Part shown: positions 36,073 through 47,115 of the stretch, one piece after another | Layout: the number at the start of each line of letters is the position of its first letter | How positions within the stretch are numbered: position 1 is the first letter of the stretch | Assembly: GCF_001194135.2 (NCBI RefSeq) | Contig: NC_068985.1 | Span: 79,355,302 to 79,402,416, forward strand | Direction of reading: 5' to 3' | Length of the DNA: 47,115 nucleotides | Source of the DNA: Octopus bimaculoides | Lineage: Eukaryota | The notes under the pieces: generated by a model | Seen by the model: only the letters and a program-made list of their open reading frames with translations | Databases searched by the model: none | What the model was told of the DNA's origin: nothing | Translations under genes and position numbers: made by a program

Positions 36073-36077
<5 letters not shown>

Positions 36078-36238
36078 TCTCAATCGCAGGATAATGCTAA
36101 TAATATAGCCTGAACAGGATAAGATACCCTTATTTTGCAGAAAAAAGTGTAGGCCGCTTACACTTTTTTCTGAAAAATAGGGGTGTCTTATCCTGTTCAG
36201 GCTATATTATTAGCATTATCCTGCAATTTGAGAATTTA
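36073..36238. mobile_element. 166-bp near-perfect palindrome (fold-back MITE-like)
   Basis: Arms 36073-36151 and 36159-36238 are reverse complements with about 5 differences; 7-nt loop GGCCGCT; TA at both ends. Confidence 0.8.
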
Positions 36239-36323
36239 AAATCACTTCTTTAACTTTCTAAGACATCTCACCGCTTCTAAAAGCAAACTTCGTTTGTTTG
36301 TTTACGTTCATCATAATTTGAAT

Positions 36324-36324
<1 letters not shown>

Positions 36325-36387
<63 letters not shown>

Positions 36388-36447
36388 CAACAACAACAAC
36401 AACAACAACAGCAACAACAACAACAGCAGCAGCAGCAGCAGCAGCAA
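36325..36447. repeat. (TAA)n->(CAA)n->(CAG)n graded trinucleotide array
   Basis: Direct inspection. Confidence 0.95.
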
Positions 36448-37032
36448 TATCAGACCCTTTAAAATCACCTGGAGAATGTTAGAGTCCGCCAAATTTGTAC
36501 TGAAGGTAATGTGAGTTGATAACTTTGTATTTCTCGAAAAGATTAATGAGTTATTTTCAAACAGGATTAACACTAAATACTCATTGTGATGTAATGATTT
36601 TTGTCGCTATTAATTGAAATTGCTGTAGAAGTATTTTACAACGCCAAACACTTGCACGATATATAGCTTTGTGTAATACTGTTAAAAGCTTAAATCCAAT
36701 CAAGGGGATTTCGTTTGGTTTACGTGCGAATATCACATAGCCAATGTTTTATTTATTTGTTAAATAAAGATAAGATCTCTTATTTCATTTCTATAATCAC
36801 TTGAAATCAGTAACTTTAAATTAAGACTTGAGAGTTGTAAAGGTTCATCGGAAAATAATTAATAATTATTATGTACGTTTTATTGTATTAAGAAGCATTA
36901 AATAATCTGAAAATAATCCTTTTCCCAAAGTTGTCCAGATTTGTAAACAGGGCAATAAATTGTTATAAATAATAGCTATAAAGCATTCGATCAACTTTGA
37001 GAAAAGACTCGCGCGCATGAATAAACATGCAC

Positions 37033-37076
<44 letters not shown>

Positions 37077-37198
37077 TATTCACACACACACACATACACA
37101 TATTCACACACACACACATATATATATACACACAGATATGTGGACATGCATTCATATATACATATATACATACGTACATATAAATAAATGTGTGTGTG

Positions 37199-37240
<42 letters not shown>

Positions 37241-37670
37241 NNNNNNNNNNNNNNNNNNNNNNNNNNNNNNNNNNNNNNNNNNNNNNNNNNNNNNNNNNNN
37301 NNNNNNNNNNNNNNNNNNNNNNNNNNNNNNNNNNNNNNNNNNNNNNNNNNNNNNNNNNNNNNNNNNNNNNNNNNNNNNNNNNNNNNNNNNNNNNNNNNNN
37401 NNNNNNNNNNNNNNNNNNNNNNNNNNNNNNNNNNNNNNNNNNNNNNNNNNNNNNNNNNNNNNNNNNNNNNNNNNNNNNNNNNNNNNNNNNNNNNNNNNNN
37501 NNNNNNNNNNNNNNNNNNNNNNNNNNNNNNNNNNNNNNNNNNNNNNNNNNNNNNNNNNNNNNNNNNNNNNNNNNNNNNNNNNNNNNNNNNNNNNNNNNNN
37601 NNNNNNNNNNNNNNNNNNNNNNNNNNNNNNNNNNNNNNNNNNNNNNNNNNNNNNNNNNNNNNNNNNNNNN

Positions 37671-37719
<49 letters not shown>

Positions 37720-38149
37720 TATAGGCAAATTTGTTGTTGAAAATGCACCTAAATTTGGAAAACTTGTAATTGTTTAAAATACCTTTATTTACATATATAC
37801 TAAACCAATTTCAACAATGGTTTGGTATATATGGTTTTGTGTTTATCAATAGTAAAAGTTAAAAATTATGAATTGGAAAAACATGTTTAAAGGTTTCAAA
37901 TGTTGACAAATTAAGATCTTTCGATGTTGACAAATTAAAATGTTCATAACAGACAAATTTAGAATTATGAATTAGGAGGACAGGTACAGGAATTTCAATG
38001 TTGACAAGTTTAAATGTTCATAGCAGTCAATAATATTAAAACTTTACATCAATTTGGTTGAATGTACAAAGCCCATTAATGTTAGTAGTGATCGACAAGA
38101 AATGAATATCATTAAAGTTTTAGCCATACTGAGTTAAGAGGGAAAAAAC

Positions 38150-38515
38150 AAGGGAGAAATGAAGATAGTAAAAAGAAGTAACTTTGTTTAGAGTTTCTCT
38201 GATCTTCTTTCCGTAGGAGCTTTCGCTTGTAGCGGTATATTTTGCTATCAGGTGTATTGATAGAGAGGGAAGGTTTGGTATTTCAGGTTTATGTCTACGG
38301 GGCATTGGCCTAGGTGCTTGCTTACGGGAACTTTGCTGGTCGTGGGGTCCCAGATTTGTTGCCTGTGCACCGTAAGTTTATCCCTCAAAGTTAAGCTAGT
38401 TTGACCTATGTAGTCCCCACCATACCCTCCACATATGAGAACATAATCAAGTTCTTTGAAGCACAGGTGAAGTGATTTTCTATGGCAAAAGTTTGACCTG
38501 ACTTAAATTTCCCTC
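38150..38515 (-). mobile_element. Penelope-like GIY-YIG endonuclease fragment
   Basis: FKSGQTFAIENHFTCASKNLIMFSYVEGMVGDYIGQTSLTLRDKLTVHRQQIWDPTTSKVPVSKHLGQC..FPLYQ, then SESSYGKKIRETLN after a frameshift. Confidence 0.85.
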
Positions 38516-39040
38516 TCTATCAATGCACCGGAAACACTTCAACCCTTCTCCGTTTAAATTAAGAAAGTATACTCATTAAAAAGTATAAACCACAGCTGAA
38601 TATACTTTAGAAGGAAAAAACAGTAAAGAGAAAAAGGAAACAAAAAGACTCAATTTCTCCACAAAAAAAATCAACCAGGAACGAAAAACAATTTTAAAAA
38701 CTTTACTAACAGACTTCCACCCGGGTTTCGAAACCGCAACTCCAAATGACCATACAAACATCAGTTTCCGACGTCACCTACTTTTGGACCAATGAAATTT
38801 TACAAACACCAGTTGCTGACGTCACCTAACTCTAGACCAATCAAAACCGAACTTCAGCAAATTAAACAAAATGACCCTTTAAGAGATTCAACCAAGCAAA
38901 ACGACTGATGACCGTTCTTCACAGGGAACCAACCAGGCAGAACGACAAACTTGACCACCGGAAAAACACGACTTCAACAGTACTTTAACGAATCAAAATT
39001 CAGATCTGCTCGAGGTAAAAATTATAAATACATCCAAAAA
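38497..39040 (+). mobile_element. Penelope-like endonuclease C-terminus plus terminal repeat, inverted to the adjacent copy
   Basis: FPLYQCTGNTSTLLRLN*ESILIKKYKPQLN; TTCCCTCTCTATCAAT is shared with the minus-strand copy. Confidence 0.75.
38770..38842 (+). promoter_or_regulatory. Duplicated CRE-like (GACGTCA) plus CCAAT module in the PLE terminal repeat
   Basis: GACGTCACCTACTTTTGGACCAAT (38770-38793) and TGACGTCACCTAACTCTAGACCAATC (38817-38842), with identical spacing. Confidence 0.45.
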
Positions 39041-39045
39041 CATAA

Positions 39046-39140
39046 GGTGTTTTCGCTCAATAAACACTCACAACGCCCGGTCTGGGAATCGAAATTGCGA
39101 TCCTACGACCTCGACTCCGCTCCGCTTGTGTGGGCCATCG
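39046..39140 (-). mobile_element. 5' fragment of the SINE family of 8710-9092
   Basis: AGGTGTTTTCGCTCAATAAACACTCACAACGCCCGGTCTGGGAATCGAAA. Confidence 0.85.
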
Positions 39141-39940
39141 GTCCTACACACACACACACACACACACACANNNNNNNNNNNNNNNNNNNNNNNNNNNNNN
39201 NNNNNNNNNNNNNNNNNNNNNNNNNNNNNNNNNNNNNNNNNNNNNNNNNNNNNNNNNNNNNNNNNNNNNNNNNNNNNNNNNNNNNNNNNNNNNNNNNNNN
39301 NNNNNNNNNNNNNNNNNNNNNNNNNNNNNNNNNNNNNNNNNNNNNNNNNNNNNNNNNNNNNNNNNNNNNNNNNNNNNNNNNNNNNNNNNNNNNNNNNNNN
39401 NNNNNNNNNNNNNNNNNNNNNNNNNNNNNNNNNNNNNNNNNNNNNNNNNNNNNNNNNNNNNNNNNNNNNNNNNNNNNNNNNNNNNNNNNNNNNNNNNNNN
39501 NNNNNNNNNNNNNNNNNNNNNNNNNNNNNNNNNNNNNNNNNNNNNNNNNNNNNNNNNNNNNNNNNNNNNNNNNNNNNNNNNNNNNNNNNNNNNNNNNNNN
39601 NNNNNNNNNNNNNNNNNNNNNNNNNNNNNNNNNNNNNNNNNNNNNNNNNNNNNNNNNNNNNNNNNNNNNNNNNNNNNNNNNNNNNNNNNNNNNNNNNNNN
39701 NNNNNNNNNNNNNNNNNNNNNNNNNNNNNNNNNNNNNNNNNNNNNNNNNNNNNNNNNNNNNNNNNNNNNNNNNNNNNNNNNNNNNNNNNNNNNNNNNNNN
39801 NNNNNNNNNNNNNNNNNNNNNNNNNNNNNNNNNNNNNNNNNNNNNNNNNNNNNNNNNNNNNNNNNNNNNNNNNNNNNNNNNNNNNNNNNNNNNNNNNNNN
39901 NNNNNNNNNNNNNNNNNNNNNNNNNNNNNNNNNNNNNNNN

Positions 39941-40543
39941 AATAACATTCTACAGCTGCTGTAGGGACCAATTCTGTAGGTTTTTACTCCACTCTAAACG
40001 CTTTACAACGTTTGTTTTTGAAAGTAGTGGTTTTCTGATTGCAGCCCTCCCGTGAAATCCGGCTTTGTGCAGCTCCCAGTGAACAGTCTTTGTGGAAACT
40101 GGGTTCTCGAGCTGGTCATTAAGCTCTGCAGTAATTTTGGGCGCTGTACTTTTGTAATCCTTTCTAACAATTGGCGTAAGAGTCCGACGGTCTCTATCTG
40201 AAAGTTTTGGGTTTCTTCCGGAGTTTTGTTTTGACAAGGAGGTTTTTCCCTCTTTCTCAAAGGCTGTCATTACTTTGGAGACAGTACTTTTTGATACACC
40301 AAACATTTAGGCTGTTACGCTAGCGCCTGCCATAAGAGCACCAACAGTTTGACCTCTTTGAAAGTCAGATATATCTGTCATTTTAATGAATTTTAATTAC
40401 CTTTTTCTGATAATATCTGAAAAGAAACATTAATATTAACAAAAGATATTAAGCAACACTAAAAAAAACAAAACAGTTTTATAGATATTTCAAAATTATG
40501 ATGCAATGATGCTAGGTGTTTCCATTATTTTGTCCAACCCCTG
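39941..40543 (-). mobile_element. Tc1-family transposon 5' half (remainder in the gap), pseudogenised
   Basis: MTDISDFQRGQTVGA..*MFGVSKSTVSKV..SGRNPKLSDRDRRTL..VSTKTVHWELHKAGFHGRAAIRKPLLS; TIR CAGGGGTTGGACAAAATAATGGAAACACC ends at 40543. Confidence 0.92.
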
Positions 40544-40681
40544 CATGTATGTGTAGAATAGGAAGGGTTTAAGTCACTGATGATTTAGGTCACAAGTGCT
40601 GCAATAGGTAACCTTTAGGATCCAGGTTCAGAACGGATGATGTAGCCAGGGATCCATATCAGGCTTCCGAGTCAGCTGGTA

Positions 40682-40915
40682 AAAATTAAAGGAAAAGCAA
40701 AATAAGACCAAGACAGGACAAGCTTAAAAGATCATTTTGGATATTTTAATTAAAGTAAAAGTGAATGAAAGAAATGAAAAGTTGAAGTAAATAATGTCTC
40801 ACAAGTGTTTTGGGGATATCCTAGGTATTGGATCGATATGTTTCAATGTGTTGATCAACATCCCCCATATACTGGGTATTCCGTCATCCGAAACAAGGTG
40901 TGTGTGAGTGTGCAG
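40682..40915 (-). repeat. Left arm of an about 225-bp inverted repeat (family D) with HHR-like motif
   Basis: Its reverse complement aligns with 41239-41461 along its length. Confidence 0.8.
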
Positions 40916-41238
40916 GAAAGTTCTAGACAAACTTTAAAGTAGATAGAAGTTTAAAGTTCATAGTTCACCTTGTTCCGGAGGTTATGGAGGTTTTATGTAT
41001 ATTTCCGTGAAGGTGTANNNNNNNNNNNNNNNNNNNNNNNNNNNNNNNNNNNNNNNNNNNNNNNNNNNNNNNNNNNNNNNNNNNNNNNNNNNNNNNNNNN
41101 NNNNNNNNNNNNNNNNNNNNNNNNNNNNNNNNNNNNNNNNNNNNNNNNNNNNNNNNNNNNNNNNNNNNNNNNNNNNNNNNNNNNNNNNNNNNNNNNNNNN
41201 NNNNNNNNNNNNNNNNNNNNNNNNNNNNNNNNNNNNNN

Positions 41239-41460
41239 CACACATACAGCTTATCTCGGATTACAGAATACACAGTGTATGGGAATATTAATCAGCATAT
41301 TGAAACATCGATCCAATACCTGGGAGATCTCAGAAACAGCTGTAAGACATTATTTAGTCCTACTTTTCCTTCTTTCATTCAATTTTACGTTAATTAAAAT
41401 CTTCAAAATGATCTGATAAACCTGTCCTGACTTGGTTCTATCTTACTTTTCCTTTAATTT

Positions 41461-41461
<1 letters not shown>
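41239..41461 (+). repeat. Right arm of the inverted repeat (family D) with HHR-like motif
   Basis: tatct-CGGATTA...GAAA-CAGCTG-TA-agaca at 41252-41349. Confidence 0.8.
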
Positions 41462-41521
<60 letters not shown>

Positions 41522-41937
41522 ATATATGTATATTGATAGACACAAACGCACACACACACATATGCATGTACATTGATAGATACTCACGTGTATATTGTAT
41601 ATATCTAAATATATGTGTGTGTGTGTGTATTTGTATATATTGAAAATACATATATGTATCTATGCATATACATGCTAGAATTAATCTATGTATGAATGTA
41701 TATGTATGTTTGTAAGCATGTGTGCATGCATTTATATACGTGTGTATGTATGCATTACATACGTACGTACGTATGTATGTATGTATGTATGCATGTATGT
41801 ATGTACAACTTGTACGGTTCCTAGGCTCGGCTGGTTTTTAAACGCGATACTAACGTTACTTAGATGACGTTGATTGCATATTTCCCATGTTACAAAGCTG
41901 TAGCATTCAAAACGACATTGGAGGGAACAGAATCTGG

Positions 41938-41983
<46 letters not shown>

Positions 41984-42839
41984 CACACACACACACGCAC
42001 ACACACACACACACAAACACACAAACACACACACACACACACAAACACATGCACACACACAGACATGCACACTCACACACACGTACGCTCGTACACAAAC
42101 ACACACAGACACGAACAGACACACACACATACGCGCATACACACATACTCACACACAAACACGTGTTTGTATGCGTGTGCGTGTGTGTATGCGTTTCCAT
42201 ATTTGTTCACACTCAGTAATTACACAGTTATCTAAGCAGAACGAAAAACACACGTGGGGATCTACAAGCTGGTTATCTAACTAAACACACTAACAGCATT
42301 ATTGCTGAGAACTATAACCTACCCTGTACAATCGAACACACGCACGCACAGGGACACATACACGCGTACACATAAGTACAAGCATACACCAAATACCCGT
42401 GTCAGGTGAGGTGGTCTATAGGTCATCCTGGAAGGCCAATTTGCATTGCCAACAATGCTTAACTCTGTTGACTGTCAAACTGGTTGTGTTTGGTTTACTA
42501 ATCGTTTGTTTGTCGTGCGGATCGGAATTCTTAAGTACATTTACATTTAAGTCATCCGTACATACATTATGTTACACGGATAAATGCACGTATACGCATA
42601 AGCATTCATAGAGACATGAATACATACTATATACCCTATACATATATATACATACGTAAATGCATATACACACACACACACACTCTCTCATATATACACA
42701 CGCACGCACGCACACATACAAACTCACATACACACACGCACGCACAAACACACACTCTCTCACTCTCATAGACACACACACACACACACACGCTCACACA
42801 CCCACACACGCACCCCCCCACACACACACTCACAAAGTG

Positions 42840-43520
42840 TCGTCTAAATTGCACAGAAATGACATCTCATTTTAACAGATATATTTACCAAAATTACATA
42901 AAAATATCTTCCAGTACTAAAGAGTAAACTTATTCCATAAAATCACCATTGGCTTCAACCACAGCCCTGCAGACAACTTCTCAGAATCTCCTGCAATTCT
43001 TTTGGACTGTCTCCGCATTTAAGTTGGTGAATGCGTCCATAACTATTGCTTTCAGTTCATCTTTATTGTTATAAGGAGTTTTTTGGGTCTCTCGCTCAAC
43101 TGCGCCCCACACATAATAACCAAGAGGGTTGCAGACTGGAGAGTTAGGTGACCAGATTTTAGGGGCGATGTGGTCGCAGAAATTGATTGACAGCCATGAC
43201 TGGATTCCCATGCTTGTGTGGCATGGTGCATGCAGAGTCTTGTTACCAGACACAGGGTCTTCCACCAGGTACCCTCTTGACCCAGGGCAGCACTACCTCC
43301 TCCAGACACTTGATGTAGGCCTCCGTGTTGAGTCTGGGGCCGTGTTGGAAGATGAATGGAGGCATAACGTCGCCATCACCAGTGATCACTCCAAACACCA
43401 TGTACTCAGATTACACTGTTCTCAGATTTACACTGAAACTTACTGATATGTTTCTATTGAAGCTTCCGGCGCGAATGCCAAGCAATACATCATTTCCAAA
43501 TTTCTGGCAGAGTGAATTGC
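42840..43520 (-). mobile_element. Internally deleted maT/DD37D transposon remnant
   Basis: MTQFTLPEIW..NLRTV joined directly to MVFGVITGDGDVMPPFIF..W*QDSA..WSPNSPVCNPLGYYVWGAVE..CRRF. Confidence 0.88.
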
Positions 43521-43531
43521 GTCATGGTGCT

Positions 43532-43569
<38 letters not shown>

Positions 43570-43795
43570 GACGGAGCCTAACTGACCGGACAATACTGTG
43601 TAGTCGACAAAATCAAAAACAAACAATGCGCATACGCGAAAAAAAAAATAGCGACAATTTACACATCGCACTCTCTATGTGTGTATATATATCTATATCT
43701 ATACACACACATATATATATAGATACAGACAGACATAGATACATACATGCATACATACATACATACATACATACATACACACATACATACATACT

Positions 43796-43840
<45 letters not shown>

Positions 43841-44244
43841 GACTGTGTGTGTATACGCATATACCTCGCACGCACTGACACACATATACATCTACAGGTT
43901 ATATCGTAAGTGATGTAGCATTTCAATGGACTGCTATAGTGATGCTGAAAAGTTGATCATACGGCCATTATTTCTAGTTTCTCGCCGGAGAGGCGTTCAA
44001 TAGATTACATATTAACGAAGGATACTTTCAATATATGGCGCTGAGCTGTATCCAAGACATCCACCTTGCAAGTAATCTATCCAATGTAGCTTCGAAGTGT
44101 GGGTGTGTTATACAGGACGAATGACACTTGCCACAATGAAATATTCTGGGTAAATACGATATGAATAAAAAGAAAAAGCGACGTCCTTTATGGTCTCTCA
44201 TGTCGTTTGGTTTTCGTCATTTACCTCAAACACACAAACATATG

Positions 44245-44450
44245 TGATCGTGTCTGTCTTTATGCTTCACCGGTGTTGCATCTATGTTATTCCCCTTTTT
44301 CGTCCCCTAAACAATCGGTTCGGCAAGAAGAGAGCTATTAAATAAGTAGAATATTTAAATACTGATGTCGCAATGACCAACTAAACCCACGAAAACAAAA
44401 AAGCAAGACTTCATTATGCCTTCCAACCAACGGCTGAAACAAGTTACAGC
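44245..44450 (+). mobile_element. Old SINE 3' body remnant (family of 620-760)
   Basis: CGTCCCCTAAACAATCGGTTCGGCAAGAAGAG..AATAAGTA..GGCTGAAACAAGTTA. Confidence 0.5.
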
Positions 44451-47115
44451 ATTTAATGTCTGAGTGGTTGAGGTATTCTGATATATCTCAGTGTGATATT
44501 TTATTATTTTCAGTGAAATTTGGTAGATAGAGACTAAATTTGTATCTACATTGTTTTATTTTGATGGTACGTATATTTTCAGCATAAAAATATAACAATA
44601 GACATAAGAGGAAATGCATTAGCAATTGACAAAATAACAAATAAAATAACTACGCGTATTGATCTCGTGATACATGGTCTTTTATTTCCATTTCGAGGTC
44701 ATGAGGTAAAATCTGTGTCGCTTACTTTGCAGGCTGAAAACAGAGTAACCGTCATGCTCTTTAGTTAAATTACAGTTGACATATTTCATGAAGCGAGCAT
44801 TGAAATGTTAACTATAAAATAAATATACAATGAGAGAAACTTGTTACTAATTAATGACTAATATCGTTTTAATTATTTCAGCAAGTTCAGTGTACAATTA
44901 AAGGCACGTTTCGATTTATTAGAATTTCCTAGCAAAACCGAGTAATTTCTCCGATGGTTTTTCTCTAAATTGCTTCTGCTCTTCCTCGTCAACCAGTGAA
45001 TAATATTGTATATTTACTTAGTGTTTATTCATGACTACCTCGGCAAATATGGCGATATCTATGTTTTGGAAATAAAATATCCAAGTCATAATCATTGACT
45101 AATAAGAATATTTTCCTGATAGTTTTAAGGAATCATTGCATTTTAAATGTTTAACTCCAAGTTATTAAAGAGAGTTAGAGCGTCAATCTTACAACGCACT
45201 GAGCAGGCGATATGCATTCTAACGCATAACCCAAGTGAAAGAGTTGTTGCTATATAACAAGATTAGAATTCAAAGTGAAAGTAATTATTGTATTTGTTGG
45301 TACCCTTTCATCACTACTGCAGTGAGCACGAGGAGCTCTTTAATTCGATAAAGATATCTAAATTGACCAGAAAATATAAGTAGTTTTCTATAAGTACCGA
45401 AATAATTAAAACGTGACTCATTGAAAAAATTGTTTATATTCTTCAATTCGTAATTATATCTAAATAGTATTCTAACGCTCATAAAATTCAATATGTTGGC
45501 ACTTACTAAACTATTATTTTTCATGCAGGAGGCATTTGAAAGTACTTTAGAGTTATATGTTCCGATAAACGTTACCCTTATTTCTTCTGATTCCAACATA
45601 CACATCCTGTCACATTATACACATGTTTATTATTTTACATTTCTGGCTATTTTCTTCATATAAACATCATATTTTTACACACACATGAACACATGCACAC
45701 ACAACCACTACACACATATGGAACAAACACTCACACTCACACACAGCTACACACAAACACTGAGACATGTACACGTCGCAGAAATTCGCACATCAGCGCA
45801 TTCATTCCAACGTGTGTCTGCATGCATGTTTTTATGTACGTACGTATGTATGCATGCATGTATGTATGTATATATATATATATATATNNNNNNNNNNNNN
45901 NNNNNNNNNNNNNNNNNNNNNNNNNNNNNNNNNNNNNNNNNNNNNNNNNNNNNNNNNNNNNNNNNNNNNNNNNNNNNNNNNNNNNNNNNNNNNNNNNNNN
46001 NNNNNNNNNNNNNNNNNNNNNNNNNNNNNNNNNNNNNNNNNNNNNNNNNNNNNNNNNNNNNNNNNNNNNNNNNNNNNNNNNNNNNNNNNNNNNNNNNNNN
46101 NNNNNNNNNNNNNNNNNNNNNNNNNNNNNNNNNNNNNNNNNNNNNNNNNNNNNNNNNNNNNNNNNNNNNNNNNNNNNNNNNNNNNNNNNNNNNNNNNNNN
46201 NNNNNNNNNNNNNNNNNNNNNNNNNNNNNNNNNNNNNNNNNNNNNNNNNNNNNNNNNNNNNNNNNNNNNNNNNNNNNNNNNNNNNNNNNNNNNNNNNNNN
46301 NNNNNNNNNNNNNNNNNNNNNNNNNNNNNNNNNNNNNNNNNNNNNNNNNNNNNNNNNNNNNNNNNNNNNNNNNNNNNNNNNNNNNNNNNNNNNNNNNNNN
46401 NNNNNNNNNNNNNNNNNNNNNNNNNNNNNNNNNNNNNNNNNNNNNNNNNNNNNNNNNNNNNNNNNNNNNNNNNNNNNNNNNNNNNNNNNNNNNNNNNNNN
46501 NNNNNNNNNNNNNNNNNNNNNNNNNNNNNTATATATATATATATATATATTCTTTTTTTCAATGAAATCTCCCAACGACAATGTAAATTTCATATAATTT
46601 AGGCATCCTTGGCATGAAGAGTAGCTTGTGGTCTACCCCTCGTTTGGATAATTTGCTACTTCCAAGATTCCGCTAGCTATTAATTATATGTTGCCTGAAT
46701 TTTATCTACTCCATTCACTATATATACATATATATGTATATATGTGAATATATATATAAATATACTTATATAGGTAAATGAAAAAAAGCCAGAATGCTGA
46801 ACTGGAAGCATAATTTAATAAAGATTTTTTCTAACCGGTTTTCATTGCGATGAAGCAAATTATCAAGAAGAAGGAGAATGAAAATGTTTTTTTACAAAGA
46901 AGTACAAAAAAGTACAAAATGAAGAAAATAATATATAAAACAATAATATATAAAAAAAATAAATATACCCATACATTATATTGTCTTTGAGCTTTTGTAG
47001 TTCAATAGTAGTTCATGTATAAATTGGTAGGAAAAATAAGGATGCATGAGAGTTGAGAGTTTTGTTAGGTTTAAAAAAAGGATCAAAAGTTTGTGTTAAG
47101 CAGGAAATGTGGTGT

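Noticed and set aside
1976-39140. tRNA-like A/B boxes as true tRNA genes
   Set aside because: All continue into SINE bodies and lack a complete cloverleaf
45285-45605. 106-aa AT-rich ORF
   Set aside because: No homology signal I recognise; composition fits a random AT-rich ORF
734-46602. Long ORFs rich in YI, CV, HT, LS, poly-I/M/L/D and X
   Set aside because: Translations of microsatellites and N gaps, not genes

Overview
AT-rich, repeat-dominated animal genomic DNA with eight assembly gaps (N at 859-1032, 14473-14617, 19870-20059, 23988-24761, 37241-37670, 39171-39940, 41018-41238, 45888-46529), most of them beside microsatellites. The SINE families and the microsatellite load resemble those of octopus genomes; this assignment is an inference. 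I found no intact host protein-coding gene, and nearly all listed ORFs are microsatellite or gap artefacts. The window holds tRNA-headed SINEs of several families, decayed DNA transposons (mariner DD34D, maT/DD37D, Tc1, hAT-Charlie including a 307-bp MITE) and LINE fragments (RTE, CR1/Jockey-like, two R4/Dong-like RLE C-termini, one embedded in a (TAA)n array). It also holds Penelope-like element (PLE) remnants with RT and GIY-YIG homology. The most interesting signal is a set of hammerhead-ribozyme (HHR) motifs: (i) a tRNA/Pol III-headed short element ending in a minimal PLE-type HHR, (ii) a near-canonical type I HHR at 11482-11547 (-), and (iii) two repeat families whose HHR-like cores flank a 70-90 nt insert in helix II and carry a palindromic helix III. 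Several occur as head-to-head inverted pairs. Every copy carries mutations, so catalytic activity is untested. All alignments and folds were done by eye.
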